DNA of 63,001 bases, the filler included, from Octopus bimaculoides (Eukaryota): NCBI RefSeq assembly GCF_001194135.2. It is 5 parts of 5 records of this genome, joined end to end, with 100 filler letters (N's around TTAATTAATTAA, not from the genome) between each part and the next. Parts side by side here need not be neighbours in the genome. Positions count along the whole stretch, not along the records: positions 1 to 29,067 come from NC_068982.1; 4 more parts are not named here. One strand, 5' to 3'. Positions 12,428-24,732 of the stretch are shown here, piece after piece. Every line of letters starts with the position of its first letter. Within the stretch, counting starts at the first letter, position 1. The notes below the pieces were generated by a model. That model did no database searches. It was given only the letters and a program-made list of their open reading frames with translations, and had not been told where the DNA came from. The position numbers and the translations under genes were made by a program.

Positions 12428-14360
12428 NNNNNNNNNNNNNNNNNNNNNNNNNNNNNNNNNNNNNNNNNNNNNNNNNNNNNNNNNNNNNNNNNNNNNNNNN
12501 NNNNNNNNNNNNNNNNNNNNNNNNNNNNNNNNNNNNNNNNNNNNNNNNNNNNNNNNNNNNNNNNNNNNNNNNNNNNNNNNNNNNNNNNNNNNNNNNNNNN
12601 NNNNNNNNNNNNNNNNNNAATTAAAAGCAACTACGTAGATCGCTTTTATAATATATATGTAAAAAAAGTATTATGTCGCTATCTGGAATATTTTGTATCA
12701 GAGAAACTTTTCAAAATTTCTCGTATGTTAAAAAAAAAAAAAATGTAACACCATACAGCAGGCACAAAAGTCGCCTGTGATTCGTCAAACACGGGGTTAT
12801 GATCTCATTTGTTCTCCTCAGCGAGCAAAACAACCAGAGTTACGACACAATGATCTTTTTTGTCTCATATAAAAATCTTTGTAACGAAATCATTCGCTGA
12901 CTGGTGTTAAGGTTAGTCAGATTAAGAATAAATCAATTCAAATAGCATCTGATCAAAAGAATGCGTATTTCATTTATAATGTACGTACAAATTTAGGACG
13001 GAAATACCTGTAACAATTTATCTTGGAGAAATTCCGCAGAGACATGTTGGTTAAAAAGAAAGTCATAAATTTCGTTCAGAAAGAAGTCCGTCAGTCGATT
13101 GTTCCATCTGATTTGGTCTTCCCAAGTAACGAATAGCTTAATCGAAATACTCGTTACGAAATAAATTGCGCCATTCTACGTGCGTATATACATAATACAT
13201 GTTATAGACCTCGTTATTTTAAACTGATACCAATTTTAATGTAATGTTTATTTCAATATAATGTGTTAAGTACGTATATTGAATGAATTTTACCCTCACC
13301 GACTTTCGCAGAAGTCGTTGACTGGTTTATTTAGCGATTTCTGTAACGGAATAAATATTTAAATTTAGATCAGTGGGTGTTTGTCCCTGCGCTAACCGGT
13401 TCCGATCGAATCACTTTGTTTGACAATTCGCCGACTATTTTCTGAGGTTTTTCATTTTTTCTCTTTGTTAACGCTTTCTGCTAACTTTGGATAGTTTATC
13501 TGAGAGCAAAAGCTTTTCTAGCCTTATACGTACATTATAAATAATGTATACCTCGTTATTACACGTATATACTTATAAGCACACTGTCACATATTAATTC
13601 ATTAGATATTGGAATATTTTGTAAAATTAAGATTGAAAGGAAAGTTATAGATTGATATGATTGTTTAACATTCACATTTTCCAATCAAAAGAGTACTACA
13701 ATTCTCTTTATCGATGTTATTTTAGAAAATAGGTGCGAAATAAATGATAAGATTTTACTAGCGATCTATCGCAGAAAATATATCTCCTAGCTTATTGTCT
13801 CTAGAAAATTCAAACATTTTCTTGTTAAAACATTGTTTTAAAACAATCTAGAGCTACAAGAAAATGATTGTGGGTGAAAGAAAGACTAAAACCCACGTGA
13901 TAGGGCACATGATATTCTAAATAGCACCACGATAAATGTTGTACTTCTTCGAGAAACCAGTAAGAAAGAAGCTTCATGAAATAAAATTCAATTTCCCTGC
14001 TCATCATTTCTCTCCATCCTCTTTCTCGATATACATTTAGACACTTGTTTTTATCATCTTTGATTAGTTGTCACTCTCAACAGAGAATGGCCATGTAGCG
14101 TATACCAAACTTTTGCTATTTGGTTTTTAAGTGCATATATTGTTACGAGGAGGTAGATTTGTATTCGCCGTTATCTAAACTCTTTGGTCTAATTAAACTG
14201 ATATGCGATTTCTTTCGATCAAATCGGTATAGGAATTCGGTAGATAGAAATATGAACAACTCATTCAACGTAACAACATTGCACAAATACGAAAAGGATG
14301 ATTTTCTAAAAGATATACATACATATACATATGCGCGTACAAATACATTCATATCTACAG

Positions 14361-14445
<85 letters not shown>

Positions 14446-15369
14446 TAGTTGGGAGATAGATAGTTGATCAATATGTCTGTGTTGTGTCAAAAATAATTAA
14501 TGTAGTTCACTTCATAATCATCTAGAGTCGTTAGTTGTAAACTCATAAACCGAGGAAAGAAAGCAACTAATGGGGTCAACGTACCCACTATATACTTACG
14601 ATCTTGGTTTATGGCCCTTGATAGAATTTCTATTGCGAAAGTTCTGAAATGAAATGCAATGCACTTTAATGTTATCAGACAAATCTTTGCAAACAAATAC
14701 AAGAATGTTTAATTAATAAGATCCAATAAAAAAGCGGGATTAATATTAGAAAATAGAGTTGCTTTTCCTTTATCTTTACAATAATTGCATCTTTAACATT
14801 TGTTTTAAACTTTTTGCCCGTATTTAATTTTCGCCTCTTTCTTTTCCTTTCATTTCATATCTTCATTTTTGGCTTAAGTTGATTATTCTGAAGGATTAAT
14901 TATTTTCGTAGAGATATAAAGGTGCGACTGAACACGCAATTCATATGGGAAGGTAAATTTTCCTTGGATTAAATTTGATTTACAAAGCATTTTTGTTATG
15001 AGAAGTATGTGACGTTTTTTTTTTTAATCTAAATTCGTTATAAAATCACGGCAATTGAACAGATTCGAAACAGCATTTGTAGTGTACGATTGCAAGGCAT
15101 TCACCTTCACGTAAATGAATAGAGTACAAGATATGTAAGTGCACAAGTACGAAAGCAAATACAACATAAGTACACGCCTCTCTCTTTCTCTCTCTCTCTA
15201 TCTCTCTCTCAATCTATCTAAATGCAAGGGGAACTCCAGAGGTTTTAAGACTTTATTTAGGAGAGACAGTTACAACTGTCCTAGATCATTGTAATTCTAC
15301 TATATCCTTAATATATATCTAATAAACTGATCTGCCAACTGATGTTTTTCTTTTTAAAATCCAGACATA

Positions 15370-15690
15370 AGGAGACGGCTGTAACAACACTTTGAACACA
15401 CCTTACTAAACACAGCTTGTCACAGCTGACTTGGTTGCAAAGTGCAGTCGGGATGTGAAGGTATTTTGAAATGTAGCTACGCAATAAAGTTCTGTGTTAA
15501 ACACGGCTACAACGCTACAAGGAGGCTATGATAAGTGTCCTGGATAACTTCACTGTGGAAGACATCCATAGGACTTAGACGAATGGAGTGTAGCGCTACA
15601 ACAAACTTCATTCAAGTCAAAGAATCCTACCTAGAAACAGAAACGAATTTGGTACTTGAAATTACAGCTTCTCCCGAAAAAACCCCAAAA
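15370..15690 (+). mobile_element. Short mariner-derived deletion remnant
   Basis: YAIKFCVKHGYNAT resembles the mariner N-terminal QRxxIKFCVKLGKxAT; remainder degenerate. Confidence 0.4.
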
Positions 15691-15731
15691 CATCAGGAAT
15701 GCACTTTTATAAGTATATACATACATGCATG

Positions 15732-15805
<74 letters not shown>

Positions 15806-16299
15806 TACACACACATACACGTACATAACCTCCACACGCATATATAGCAAAAATAATGATGAAAATCAACGGATGGAATTTATAAATATTGTAATGTATC
15901 ACTACACGCGTTTCAAAAAAATCACATGTTACTTACGATCATAGTCCATATTCCAAGAATAATTACGGTGCATTAAAATATTTATAAATTCCAACCATGG
16001 TTGTTTATTATCATTATGTTGTTTGTTTTTTCTTCTTTCTTCAAATTTTCTTCCATTTCTCGCCGAGTGTTTTCAGTACACCTAGGGCAGAGAAACTCAT
16101 TGTATGCATTCCCAGTTTACACACGCAAATTCATGGCTAAAATATGTATTTAAAACCAAAAAATGGAGAACAAATGTACGAAAAACGGTTCACAATAAAA
16201 ATGTCCTCACGGCATCATGTACCTATGTGATATCATGTAATAGCTAGAAAATTATAAAATTAAATCTGTAAGAAGAATAAACCATAGGAATCAAATATA

Positions 16300-16560
16300 A
16301 GTCTTTTCAGTGATGTGGAATACATGACAACATATTACTTGTAAGAATACTGGTAAATATTCCTGTCATGTCTTCCACAAAATCAAAACCGGACACACCT
16401 AACATAATGATTAGGAACAGAGAAAAATATAATGCACAGTATTTGAAATCAGCAGCCAGGTAGATTTTAACGTAATGTTAAAGATTAGTGAGAACTATAA
16501 TTTTCTGATGTCTAAGTAACTTAATTAGATATTGTAATTGTTTCTTTTCAATGTATTTTA
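16300..16560 (+). mobile_element. Highly decayed R4/Dong-type RLE remnant
   Basis: IL(V)NIPVMSSTKSKPDTPNIMIRNREK resembles ILWDxPxxTD..I.ANRPDIVI; followed by DFNVMLKISE (PxDxNV..KE.EK). Confidence 0.4.
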
Positions 16561-17449
16561 TTTGTGCATTTCATGGCTTACGTATCATATATGAATTTTA
16601 TAGCTTACTATGAAACATTCGTGGGGGACAAATATTAATTGATGAAACAAGCGCTTAATTTGTGACACATATGAGTTAATTCATTACAATGCGAAACACA
16701 TAGAATAAAGACCGGTCATTTAGTGTAATCAGAATTTGTTTCTATACGATTACATCTGTGAGTGGGTTTTAATAGAGATTGATAAGTCACATAATCGACT
16801 GACTCATTTTGAACCTTGAAGACTTAACAACATATGACATTTAGACGGAAACGATTCTTCTCTAAACTATACCCAAGGGAAATGTATTCAGTGTAGCTGG
16901 CTTAAGAACAGTCAGTGTTTACAATGTTGTTGTCTCTTTATAATATGATGTGACGCAATTTTTAATATGGCATATAAATGGCAATGGATCAGATCAATAT
17001 AATTAATACGAGATAAAATTCAAAGGAAAAGTCTTCGTCCGGAATGTTAACGTTCCGCATTCTGTTCAAAGATCTACAAAGAAAATTAAATCTACAGAGT
17101 CAGAACATTCGGTTCATATTTGAATTTCTATTCCTTGTGTTTTATTTGTGCATTTTATGTATTTTGTTGGTGTTTGCTGTCAGTATAAAAGCAGAGTTTC
17201 TGTACGGAGGGAGTGAATGTCTATGTAACTATAGATTATCTCATCCGGTGATGTCTGTGTAGTTTCAAAAAAATCTACTTTGCGTTGCTGGTAAATTGTG
17301 AATGCTACACAATAAGCATGCAGAAAATATCCAGGTTAGCAACCTTAAATTAAATACGAACAGTCTAGAAGAATTTAGCATGAAATTACATTTTTTCAGC
17401 ATTGATGTTACAGCTGTGCTGGAATCAGTAACACCAGAACCAACAACAA

Positions 17450-17580
17450 TAACAAAATCATCACTTACATCATCATTGTTGTCGTCTCCCTCGTCATCAT
17501 CATCACCATCGTCGTTGTCGTCGTCGTTGTCGTTGTTGTCGTCATTATTATTATCATCATCATCATCGACAAGAGCAAGA
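17450..17580. repeat. Degenerate trinucleotide (TCA/TCG/TTG) low-complexity tract
   Basis: Directly visible; explains the poly-S/T ORFs. Confidence 0.9.
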
Positions 17581-18396
17581 TAAATAACAACAAGAAAAGA
17601 GACTTAGAAAAAAAAGAAAAAGAAAAAAAACAGCTACAGTTGAAAACAGATACAAGAATAATAAGAACAATGTCAATAACAAAAGCAATAGGCAACGGTA
17701 GAAACAGCAGCTGTATCAAGTACAATAGCAGAAACCCGAGTGTAAGTAACACTCCCAGCCTGAAGTGCAACAGTAACAATAGCTTGCGAGAACACGGTGA
17801 AGTCAATAGCAGTAACATCAAGAATCAGCAGTCAATGACATCTCTACCAATAGAAACCGCGAGCAGGAATGTCAAGAGAAGCTGCAATAAGCATCAAAAG
17901 CGGCAAGAACATACATATATATACATATACATACATATATATATATATANNNNNNNNNNNNNNNNNNNNNNNNNNNNNNNNNNNNNNNNNNNNNNNNNNN
18001 NNNNNNNNNNNNNNNNNNNNNNNNNNNNNNNNNNNNNNNNNNNNNNNNNNNNNNNNNNNNNNNNNNNNNNNNNNNNNNNNNNNNNNNNNNNNNNNNNNNN
18101 NNNNNNNNNNNNNNNNNNNNNNNNNNNNNNNNNNNNNNNNNNNNNNNNNNNNNNNNNNNNNNNNNNNNNNNNNNNNNNNNNNNNNNNNNNNNNNNAATAT
18201 CATAAGATAAATATAATAAAAAGATTACACGTGTTTCATAACCAATTTTCAAATAGAAAAGAAATTTAAATCGATTAAAATCAATTGAAATTATCGAAAA
18301 TAAATTCTATTCAAAAATATAGCTACTTGTCAGATCGTAAGTAGAACAATAATTAGATATATATCTCAACCAACAATAAGTACCAAATGAATTAAT

Positions 18397-18471
18397 ATAC
18401 GGAAACTAAAACAAGCAGCACATATGCTTGGACACAACAACCTCCTAAGCAGATATGAGCAGCATATGGGA
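18397..18471 (+). mobile_element. 75-bp Penelope-like fragment (end of GIY-YIG ORF), inverted copy of 19321-19395
   Basis: atacggaaactaaaacaagcagcacatatgcttggacacaacaacctcctaagcagatatgagcagcatatggga is the near-exact reverse complement of 19321-19395 (3 mismatches seen). Confidence 0.8.
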
Positions 18472-19064
18472 TATATATATATAAAAGCTAAAATGAGTAA
18501 TGGTTATGATGACTAAAAATATTCCAAAACTATGGAAATATTTTTTTCACTTTTTTTAAATGCGACACAATGTACAGTCATTTAAGCCATTATGAAAAGC
18601 AGTGGAATCAGTAATAACTCAGGCCCTTCTATCTTGAAAAATGCGGGAAAGATTACGTCTTGTACTCCTAGAGACACTATATTTAACCCTTCGTTAGTCA
18701 ACTGTCCTATCCTAACATGGTTAGTTATGTAAAATATTGCTCGCTCTATTTGTTCGGAGTATATCTGTAATAACTGCTGAGAAATTAGAAGCACTTGTAG
18801 CTGATTGAGGTTAACATAAAACAATATACTAAAATGAATTACAAAATTAAGGAAAAACTAAAAAAATCTTAGATTCAGAATACATTTATTATGAAAATTC
18901 CCTGAGAATACACCATTTTGAGGAACTTTTTAATAACCGTGAGGAATATTAACATTAAAAAAATAACACAACAGGCAATCTCAGCTACTATATGCATTAC
19001 ATTAAAACTTCAACTGAAGATATAACATTATTTACATTCGACGGATATTTGTCTTCATCTTGTT

Positions 19065-19720
19065 TGTTGTTAACAAAACGTTTTGGCTGATATACACACC
19101 GGCCTTCTTTAGGTGTCTTGGGGAAATTTCGAACCTGGGTTCTTATTCCTAAGGTATTTTCTATGCTATTATTGTTCAGGTCACTGCTTGGAATCGAACT
19201 CGGAATCTTGGGGTTAGTAACCCGTGCTCTTCACCACTATGCCATATGCCCGTGGGCAATTATGAAGTGAATTTTAGGGCTTATAAATCTAATATTTTTC
19301 TATCCTTCCTTAATACTGGTTCCCATATGCTGCTCATATCTGCTTAGGAGGTTGTTGTGTCCAAGTATATGTGCTGCTTCTTTTACTTTCCGTATTTTCC
19401 AATTGTGTTCTCTGTCTATTATTTTAACTCCATCCTACAGCGGGGGTGTCCCCATTTTTCCATACATGATCAGCTATACCCGATTGATCGATATCTCCTC
19501 GCGTCACAGCTTTGCGATGCTCCTCTACGCTTATTTTGAGGGGGCGATATGTTTCGCCTTTTTATAACCTACCACAGCTGCACGGGATGGAGTACACGCA
19601 GTCTTTGGTCATATTCTCTTCTATTGGTGGTTTTACTCGAAGGAGATATTTGCGAGGTGTTGTATATATAGAACTGCAAAGATATAACTATTCAATGAAA
19701 TGAAAATGACTATAAATTTG
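19065..19720 (-). mobile_element. Penelope-like element 3' part: GIY-YIG endonuclease relic, 3' UTR with tRNA-like module, decayed hammerhead core
   Basis: Minus strand: KDCVYSIPCSCGRL(Y)KGETYRPLKISVEEHRKAVTRGDIDQSGIADHVW...KIIDREHNWKIRKVKEAAHILGHNNLLSR; terminal ctaaagaaggc...cagccaaaacgtt resembles CTGANGA...GAAACGTT. Confidence 0.85.
19178..19250 (-). ncRNA. tRNA-like (Pol III A/B box) module embedded in the Penelope 3' UTR
   Basis: ggcatatggcatagtggtgaagagcacgggttactaaccccaagattccgagttcgattccaagcagtgacc: A box TGGCATAGTGG, B box GAGTTCGATTCC; not a functional cloverleaf. Confidence 0.6.
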
Positions 19721-20346
19721 TTACATAAGCAGATGGCGTATATTGTAAGTGAAACACATCGATTCAATAATAAAAATGGGTTTTTCTCTCAAAAAGAAAA
19801 TGTAATAATAAATCGAACCATCATTGCACCACCGCACTACCGGCAACACACTCTAACTGAGTTTGAAGAGTAGAAGAAGGCAGCAAAAAAAAAAAAGAAA
19901 AAAAAAGATGCCTACTAAAAATTACGGGTATTTAAAAAAAAATGTGGTGACAACACACCCCATGTGACTAACGAAGGGTTAAAAAGGGACTGCTGAGTAA
20001 ATGTTTGAACGTGTTTCATCAGTTCTCGTTTTAGTCAAGTATGACAGGGAAAAATTTCAATGGGGATAATGGTAACATGTAATGATTCAATAAAAGCAGA
20101 ATGATAAAAGTAGCTAAAATATTATTTGCAGTAGCAAATTTGCATGAAGTATGACTGAGTAATGAAGATACCCGGCAAAAACGCAATGAGACGAATAATG
20201 AATATTACACGACAGTTACCTATGCTATGATTACAGCTAACAGTTAATTTTAAACCATGTAAACCGTGTGGCAGAAATTAACGCGCCCAAGAAATGAATC
20301 GCCGATGTAAGAAGTAGCATCATAATTGCAATTCGCCATTACTCAC

Positions 20347-20437
20347 ATCTTAGATGTGAGTGAAGACTTCACATCCAACCATGGGATTTCACAATCTTTC
20401 AAGCCAAACAATAGTCCTCTCTTTTCTGTTTTATCAC
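20347..20437 (-). CDS. Candidate internal exon (91 nt, phase 1 to 2), peptide (R)DKTEKRGLLFGLKDCEIPWLDVKSSLTSK
   Basis: gtcatctcag| acceptor, AT|gtgagt donor; only the phase-1 frame is open, matching the phase-1 end of the 22573-22722 candidate. Confidence 0.3.
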
Positions 20438-20599
20438 CTGAGATGACTAGCAATGAACTAATAATAAGAATACCAACAACAATGATAATAGTAGAAATAA
20501 TTTAAAATCTCTTAGTCACATGGGCATAGATAAGGCGGCACCAAAGGGATAAACAAATTTGAATGGGAACTTACATAAAGTATAGGGAGAAAAATGGTA

Positions 20600-21860
20600 A
20601 ACACAGTGAAATACGATAACAGTATACATAATATGCAATGTGGGAACATGAACGATACAGTCCTCCTGATACAGGAGAAACTCCAACTAGGTCCAATCAA
20701 AGAACCCCAGCGATTCAAGATTCGCCGGCACCGATCTTTTCCCAAATTCATTGGAAGAGGGCACTTCCCTCTCCCACTTCAGTATTCTTTTCAAGAGGAA
20801 CTTAAAATGTCGATGAGAGATTCACCGAAGACACGGCTCACCTGCACACCACTCCGAAGAGAATAAACCTCAACATTCCTAGCTTTCCCAGCAAGAGCTC
20901 GAGCCCCAGAGCGTATAGAAAAGGTAAGAGAAGATACTCCCAACGGACTGAGCACGAATTGTCAAGCAGTTCTGAGAAGTGGCAGTTTACTTTTAACCCG
21001 AGCAAGTGTTGGTGCGCATTGCTGCGAGCAGACCACTGAAAACGGGTCGGCAACAGACTTCTGCCGAGTAGTGAGGGTCGACTCTTTTGACCGTTTTGAC
21101 TGATCTAAATTGATCAGAGTACAACCTATGCCAGATATGCTATATCTGGCATATACACTCTATGTTATAACGCATGAGGCAGCGGTAGTCGTATATAAAT
21201 CTATTGGGAGAACGCACACGTTTCAGCTTCGTTGACCAAACCAAGAAAAGCGTCAATCTCTTTGCTAATACCTTCGCCAAAGTTTTTATCTCTGCATTTA
21301 GCAGGATTATGGGCCGGAAATTGTCTATAATATCCCCTGTATTGGCGTCCTTTCTCAGCAAAGTTAACACACCTCGGGCTACAGACCTTGGAATTCTCCT
21401 GTTTTGCTGTCAGCTATGATAGACGTTTACAAAGAAGTCACCAAACAAACAGTTTGCCTATAACCATAAAACTTATGGAGCACACCATCTATACCGAGCT
21501 ATTTGTTCTTTGCGCAAACTTTCAATTCTCCTTGTATCTCATCTTGCAGCAAGAAGTAAATGTAGGTACGAAAGTCAATAACTCTCTGTGCGTCCTATCG
21601 CTTTCTCTGAATCTTTGGTAAAGTGCTGCTCTAAGGCTGCATACATTTGCTTGGAACAATGGAATATACGCCCAGTCTGATCTGTCAATGAATAAAGTGT
21701 AGCTTGGTTGCCACGTCAGTCCTTTCACCACCCGAGGCGATCGGACAGGTTTCGTTCCTCCCCAATTTAGCGCACGAGCTCGAGCCCTGACAACGCAGCC
21801 TTCACATTTTCCATTAAAGAAATGCTCGAAGGCTAATTCGTCCTGCTAACACACTCGTCA
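20600..21860 (-). mobile_element. Decayed Tx1/L1-type LINE ORF2 (linker and RT)
   Basis: TLLRKDANTGDIIDNFRPIILLNAEIKTLAKVLAKRLT (ORF 21140..21370); SVRWEYLLLPFLYALGLELLLGKL (degenerate GVRQGCPLSPLLY motif); CVVRARAR linker. Confidence 0.8.
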
Positions 21861-22223
21861 CAGTGCCACTTCTAATTGCCTCTTCCTCTTCTTTACTAAC
21901 TAGGTCTTCTTCTAATCTAGTTAATGTATTTCTCTCTATCACATGCTCTTTACTAAATGCTATGGACTCATATTTAATTGCCCTTTTCAGGATTACTCAC
22001 GACTTGTTTATTGTATATTGCTCTCGTCAGATGTCTTTTAGAGTGTTCGCTGATCCGGTTTCTTCGAATCAGGAGAACTTCAACTTCCAGTGGTCGGTTC
22101 TCAGTCTATGTGTCCTATCTAAGGAGACTGTGAAGATCCTAAATGGATTTCTGAGTTTTGAAAAACCTTGTTGCCACCAAATTACATGATAAAATATCTG
22201 CTAACTAACTAGCATGCACCAGC

Positions 22224-22224
<1 letters not shown>

Positions 22225-22293
<69 letters not shown>

Positions 22294-22400
22294 TAATGAG
22301 AAGAAGAAGGAAAAGAAGAAGAAGAAGAAGAAGAAGAAGAAGAAGAAGAAGAAGAAGAAGAAGAAGAAGAAGAAGAAGAAGAAGAAGAAGAAGAAGAACT
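22225..22400. repeat. (TAA)n-(GAA)n compound microsatellite
   Basis: Directly visible. Confidence 0.95.
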
Positions 22401-22572
22401 ATAACAAGAGTTTCAAGAAAATATAACAAGAATATCTTTTAATTAAGATTCCTAACATAGATAGACGTCCACAACTTTTGGTTCCCAATATATTTTATCG
22501 AACATGTAATACACAAAACGTAACGGGAAGTAACTGACATAATAAAATCAAACATTAACAATAGATACTTAC

Positions 22573-22722
22573 GCTGTATGTCATTAACGATGCTCGAAAG
22601 TGTATTCGAGGAGAGGGTAAAGTAAGTTGGATGTATTCCAGTACATGAGAAGGAATGTTTAACGACAAAATCAATCCCGGTACGATATGAAATTAGAAGG
22701 AAGGGAAACGATCCATAGATAT
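22573..22722 (-). CDS. Candidate symmetric phase-1 exon (150 nt), peptide xIYGSFPFLLISYRTGIDFVVKHSFSCTGIHPTYFTLSSNTLSSIVNDIQ
   Basis: ttttctacatcgttatag| acceptor, strong GC|gtaagt donor, single open frame; PFLLISYRTGI resembles the first strand of LRP/YWTD propellers; unverified. Confidence 0.3.
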
Positions 22723-23339
22723 CTATAACGATGTAGAAAACTGCATATAATTTCCTTATTTCATGGGAACTATAGAATGGAAATAAATCCCGATACAAGC
22801 GAGATTTCGACGTAAAGTCACATATCAAAAATATTGCTTCCATAACTTAGAGCCAGTAGTCTACACTTTAGTTGCTCTGTCCGTAGCAACTATAATATGT
22901 TCTTAGATTAGAGCAATATTACAAACTAACACTACCCAACAGAAAATACCATGGTTATTTCGAATCCTATAAGATTATTTGAAGTTAATAAGGAACCATG
23001 AAATATATAATTTCTTTCAAAAGTATAAGGTTTCCTGAAGAATGTCTAAAGATCATTTGAAAGTATATGAGTTACAATCTTTGGAGATAACATTTCTGAA
23101 AACATTATTCTTTGTTATACACATAACAGATGAGGGGTTTTAACCGATAATTTTTACCTATATATCATGAAATAGATGCAACCTAAAAAGGACTAAATAC
23201 AACTGTGAGCTTTAAATAATCTCCATTATGGAAACATGGTATAATTTATCTATAATATTATTATACTTTGACTAAAGGTGGAGAGGAGGGAGAAGTATTA
23301 GCAGGCAGGACAATGCGCTTGACAGGGCAATATGATGAG

Positions 23340-23465
23340 ATGAAATTCCACCGTAGTCAATGTTGCCTTTCATGCTTTTAGGGTCAATGAAATTGACTAG
23401 CACTGGAGTCAATGAAATTGACTAATCTCCATTCCCCAAATCTGAGGCCTTCTTCCTATAGGAGG
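23340..23465 (+). mobile_element. Old tRNA-SINE core/tail remnant
   Basis: ttgcctttcatgcttttagggtcaatgaaa...ccccaaatctgaggccttc aligns with the SINE copies at 31.5 and 36.7 kb. Confidence 0.55.
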
Positions 23466-24004
23466 AGAGATAGTCATACACTGACTAGATGTTATTCATA
23501 ACGCTTTTTATAAACGAAATTTGCTGTGTGATATTTTCAACTTCATATGAAGATATTCATAATTTCTCTAACCAACATCATGTACATGACCATCTAACAA
23601 ACGAGAAGAAACTTAACTAGCCCATTACATAAAACAATCCGGGTGTGTGAAAAACATAAGATGATAGAATTATGCTTGGAGTCATTTGCTTAATCAAAGC
23701 TCAGATTGAACCACAACCAGTAGGGCAGCACATTCCATATAATGAAGGATATCTGCTAGATACCACTCAATTCATATTCTACTACCTTCAAAAAACCAAG
23801 AAATTGAATTATATGCAACAAGATAATAAATTTCTACAACTAAGGCGTGTGTTATCAAGTCAGTAAAATCTTTGACCGTTTCAATTCTTCAGTTTGTTTC
23901 CGAGATGTCAGATTTCATTGTTTTCACCCATATTTGTCTGATATATCTATACTTTAGACTGTTGTAAATATAAGTTTCATGTCTGCTGATTTGCTACAAT
24001 CAGA

Positions 24005-24058
24005 GATATTCCATGATGCCTCCATATCGATATTCCATGATGCCTCCATATCGATATT
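24005..24058. repeat. 24-bp tandem duplication (gatattccatgatgcctccatatc x2 plus gatatt)
   Basis: Directly visible. Confidence 0.9.
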
Positions 24059-24682
24059 TTACAGTGTGTACTTTCTTTCTTAAGGCGGTTGACTGAAATT
24101 TGAAGATTTAGCTGCTATTGCTAGCAGGTCAACAGACTGCGCAGACGCTTCCAGGAAAATTCATCGTAAAATATTTCCAGTTGACAAATTTGGCATTGAA
24201 TATGTAAGATGTAAACCTCGAGTCTACCCAACAATTACTTATTGCAACAAGTAACTATCTTAGTACTGGTGCTTGCTATCTAAAGAACAATTTCCTCTTT
24301 TATATATATTGTATATTCACAAACATTGATGAACGTTGCATAAAGAACTGAATACTTTCAGTTATATATAGAAGCATAGAGACATATATGCATATATAGA
24401 TACATATGTATTTATGTACATATATATCTATATATATATATATGTACATATGCATAATCTCTTTTGTCTTGTATTATTCAGGTATAGAAAATACCAAATA
24501 CTTCATTATACACGTGAATTTGGCATAATTTATTTTGGTATGGCTTCGAGGTTTTGTATATTTTAATGGGTTGGGTGTCGAAATTATATTAAGGGCACCA
24601 AAAGGATAGATTTCTTCAAGTTAATGATAATAGCTGATTTAATTGTGATAACCTGTGTAATCAAGTTATGTAATCAAGGCGG

Positions 24683-24732
24683 TGCTCCAGCATGGCTGCA
24701 GTGAAATGAATGAAACAATAAAACAATAAAAG
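24683..24732 (+). mobile_element. SINE 3' tail fragment
   Basis: aaggcggtgctccagcatggctgcagtgaaatgaatgaaacaataaaa is shared with 31448-31470, 49957-50025 and 58145-58175 (minus). Confidence 0.7.

Noticed and set aside
23383-23426. Twice-repeated mini-hairpin gtcaat-gaa-attgac
   Set aside because: Explained by the SINE core (gtcgat...atcgac) after CpG decay
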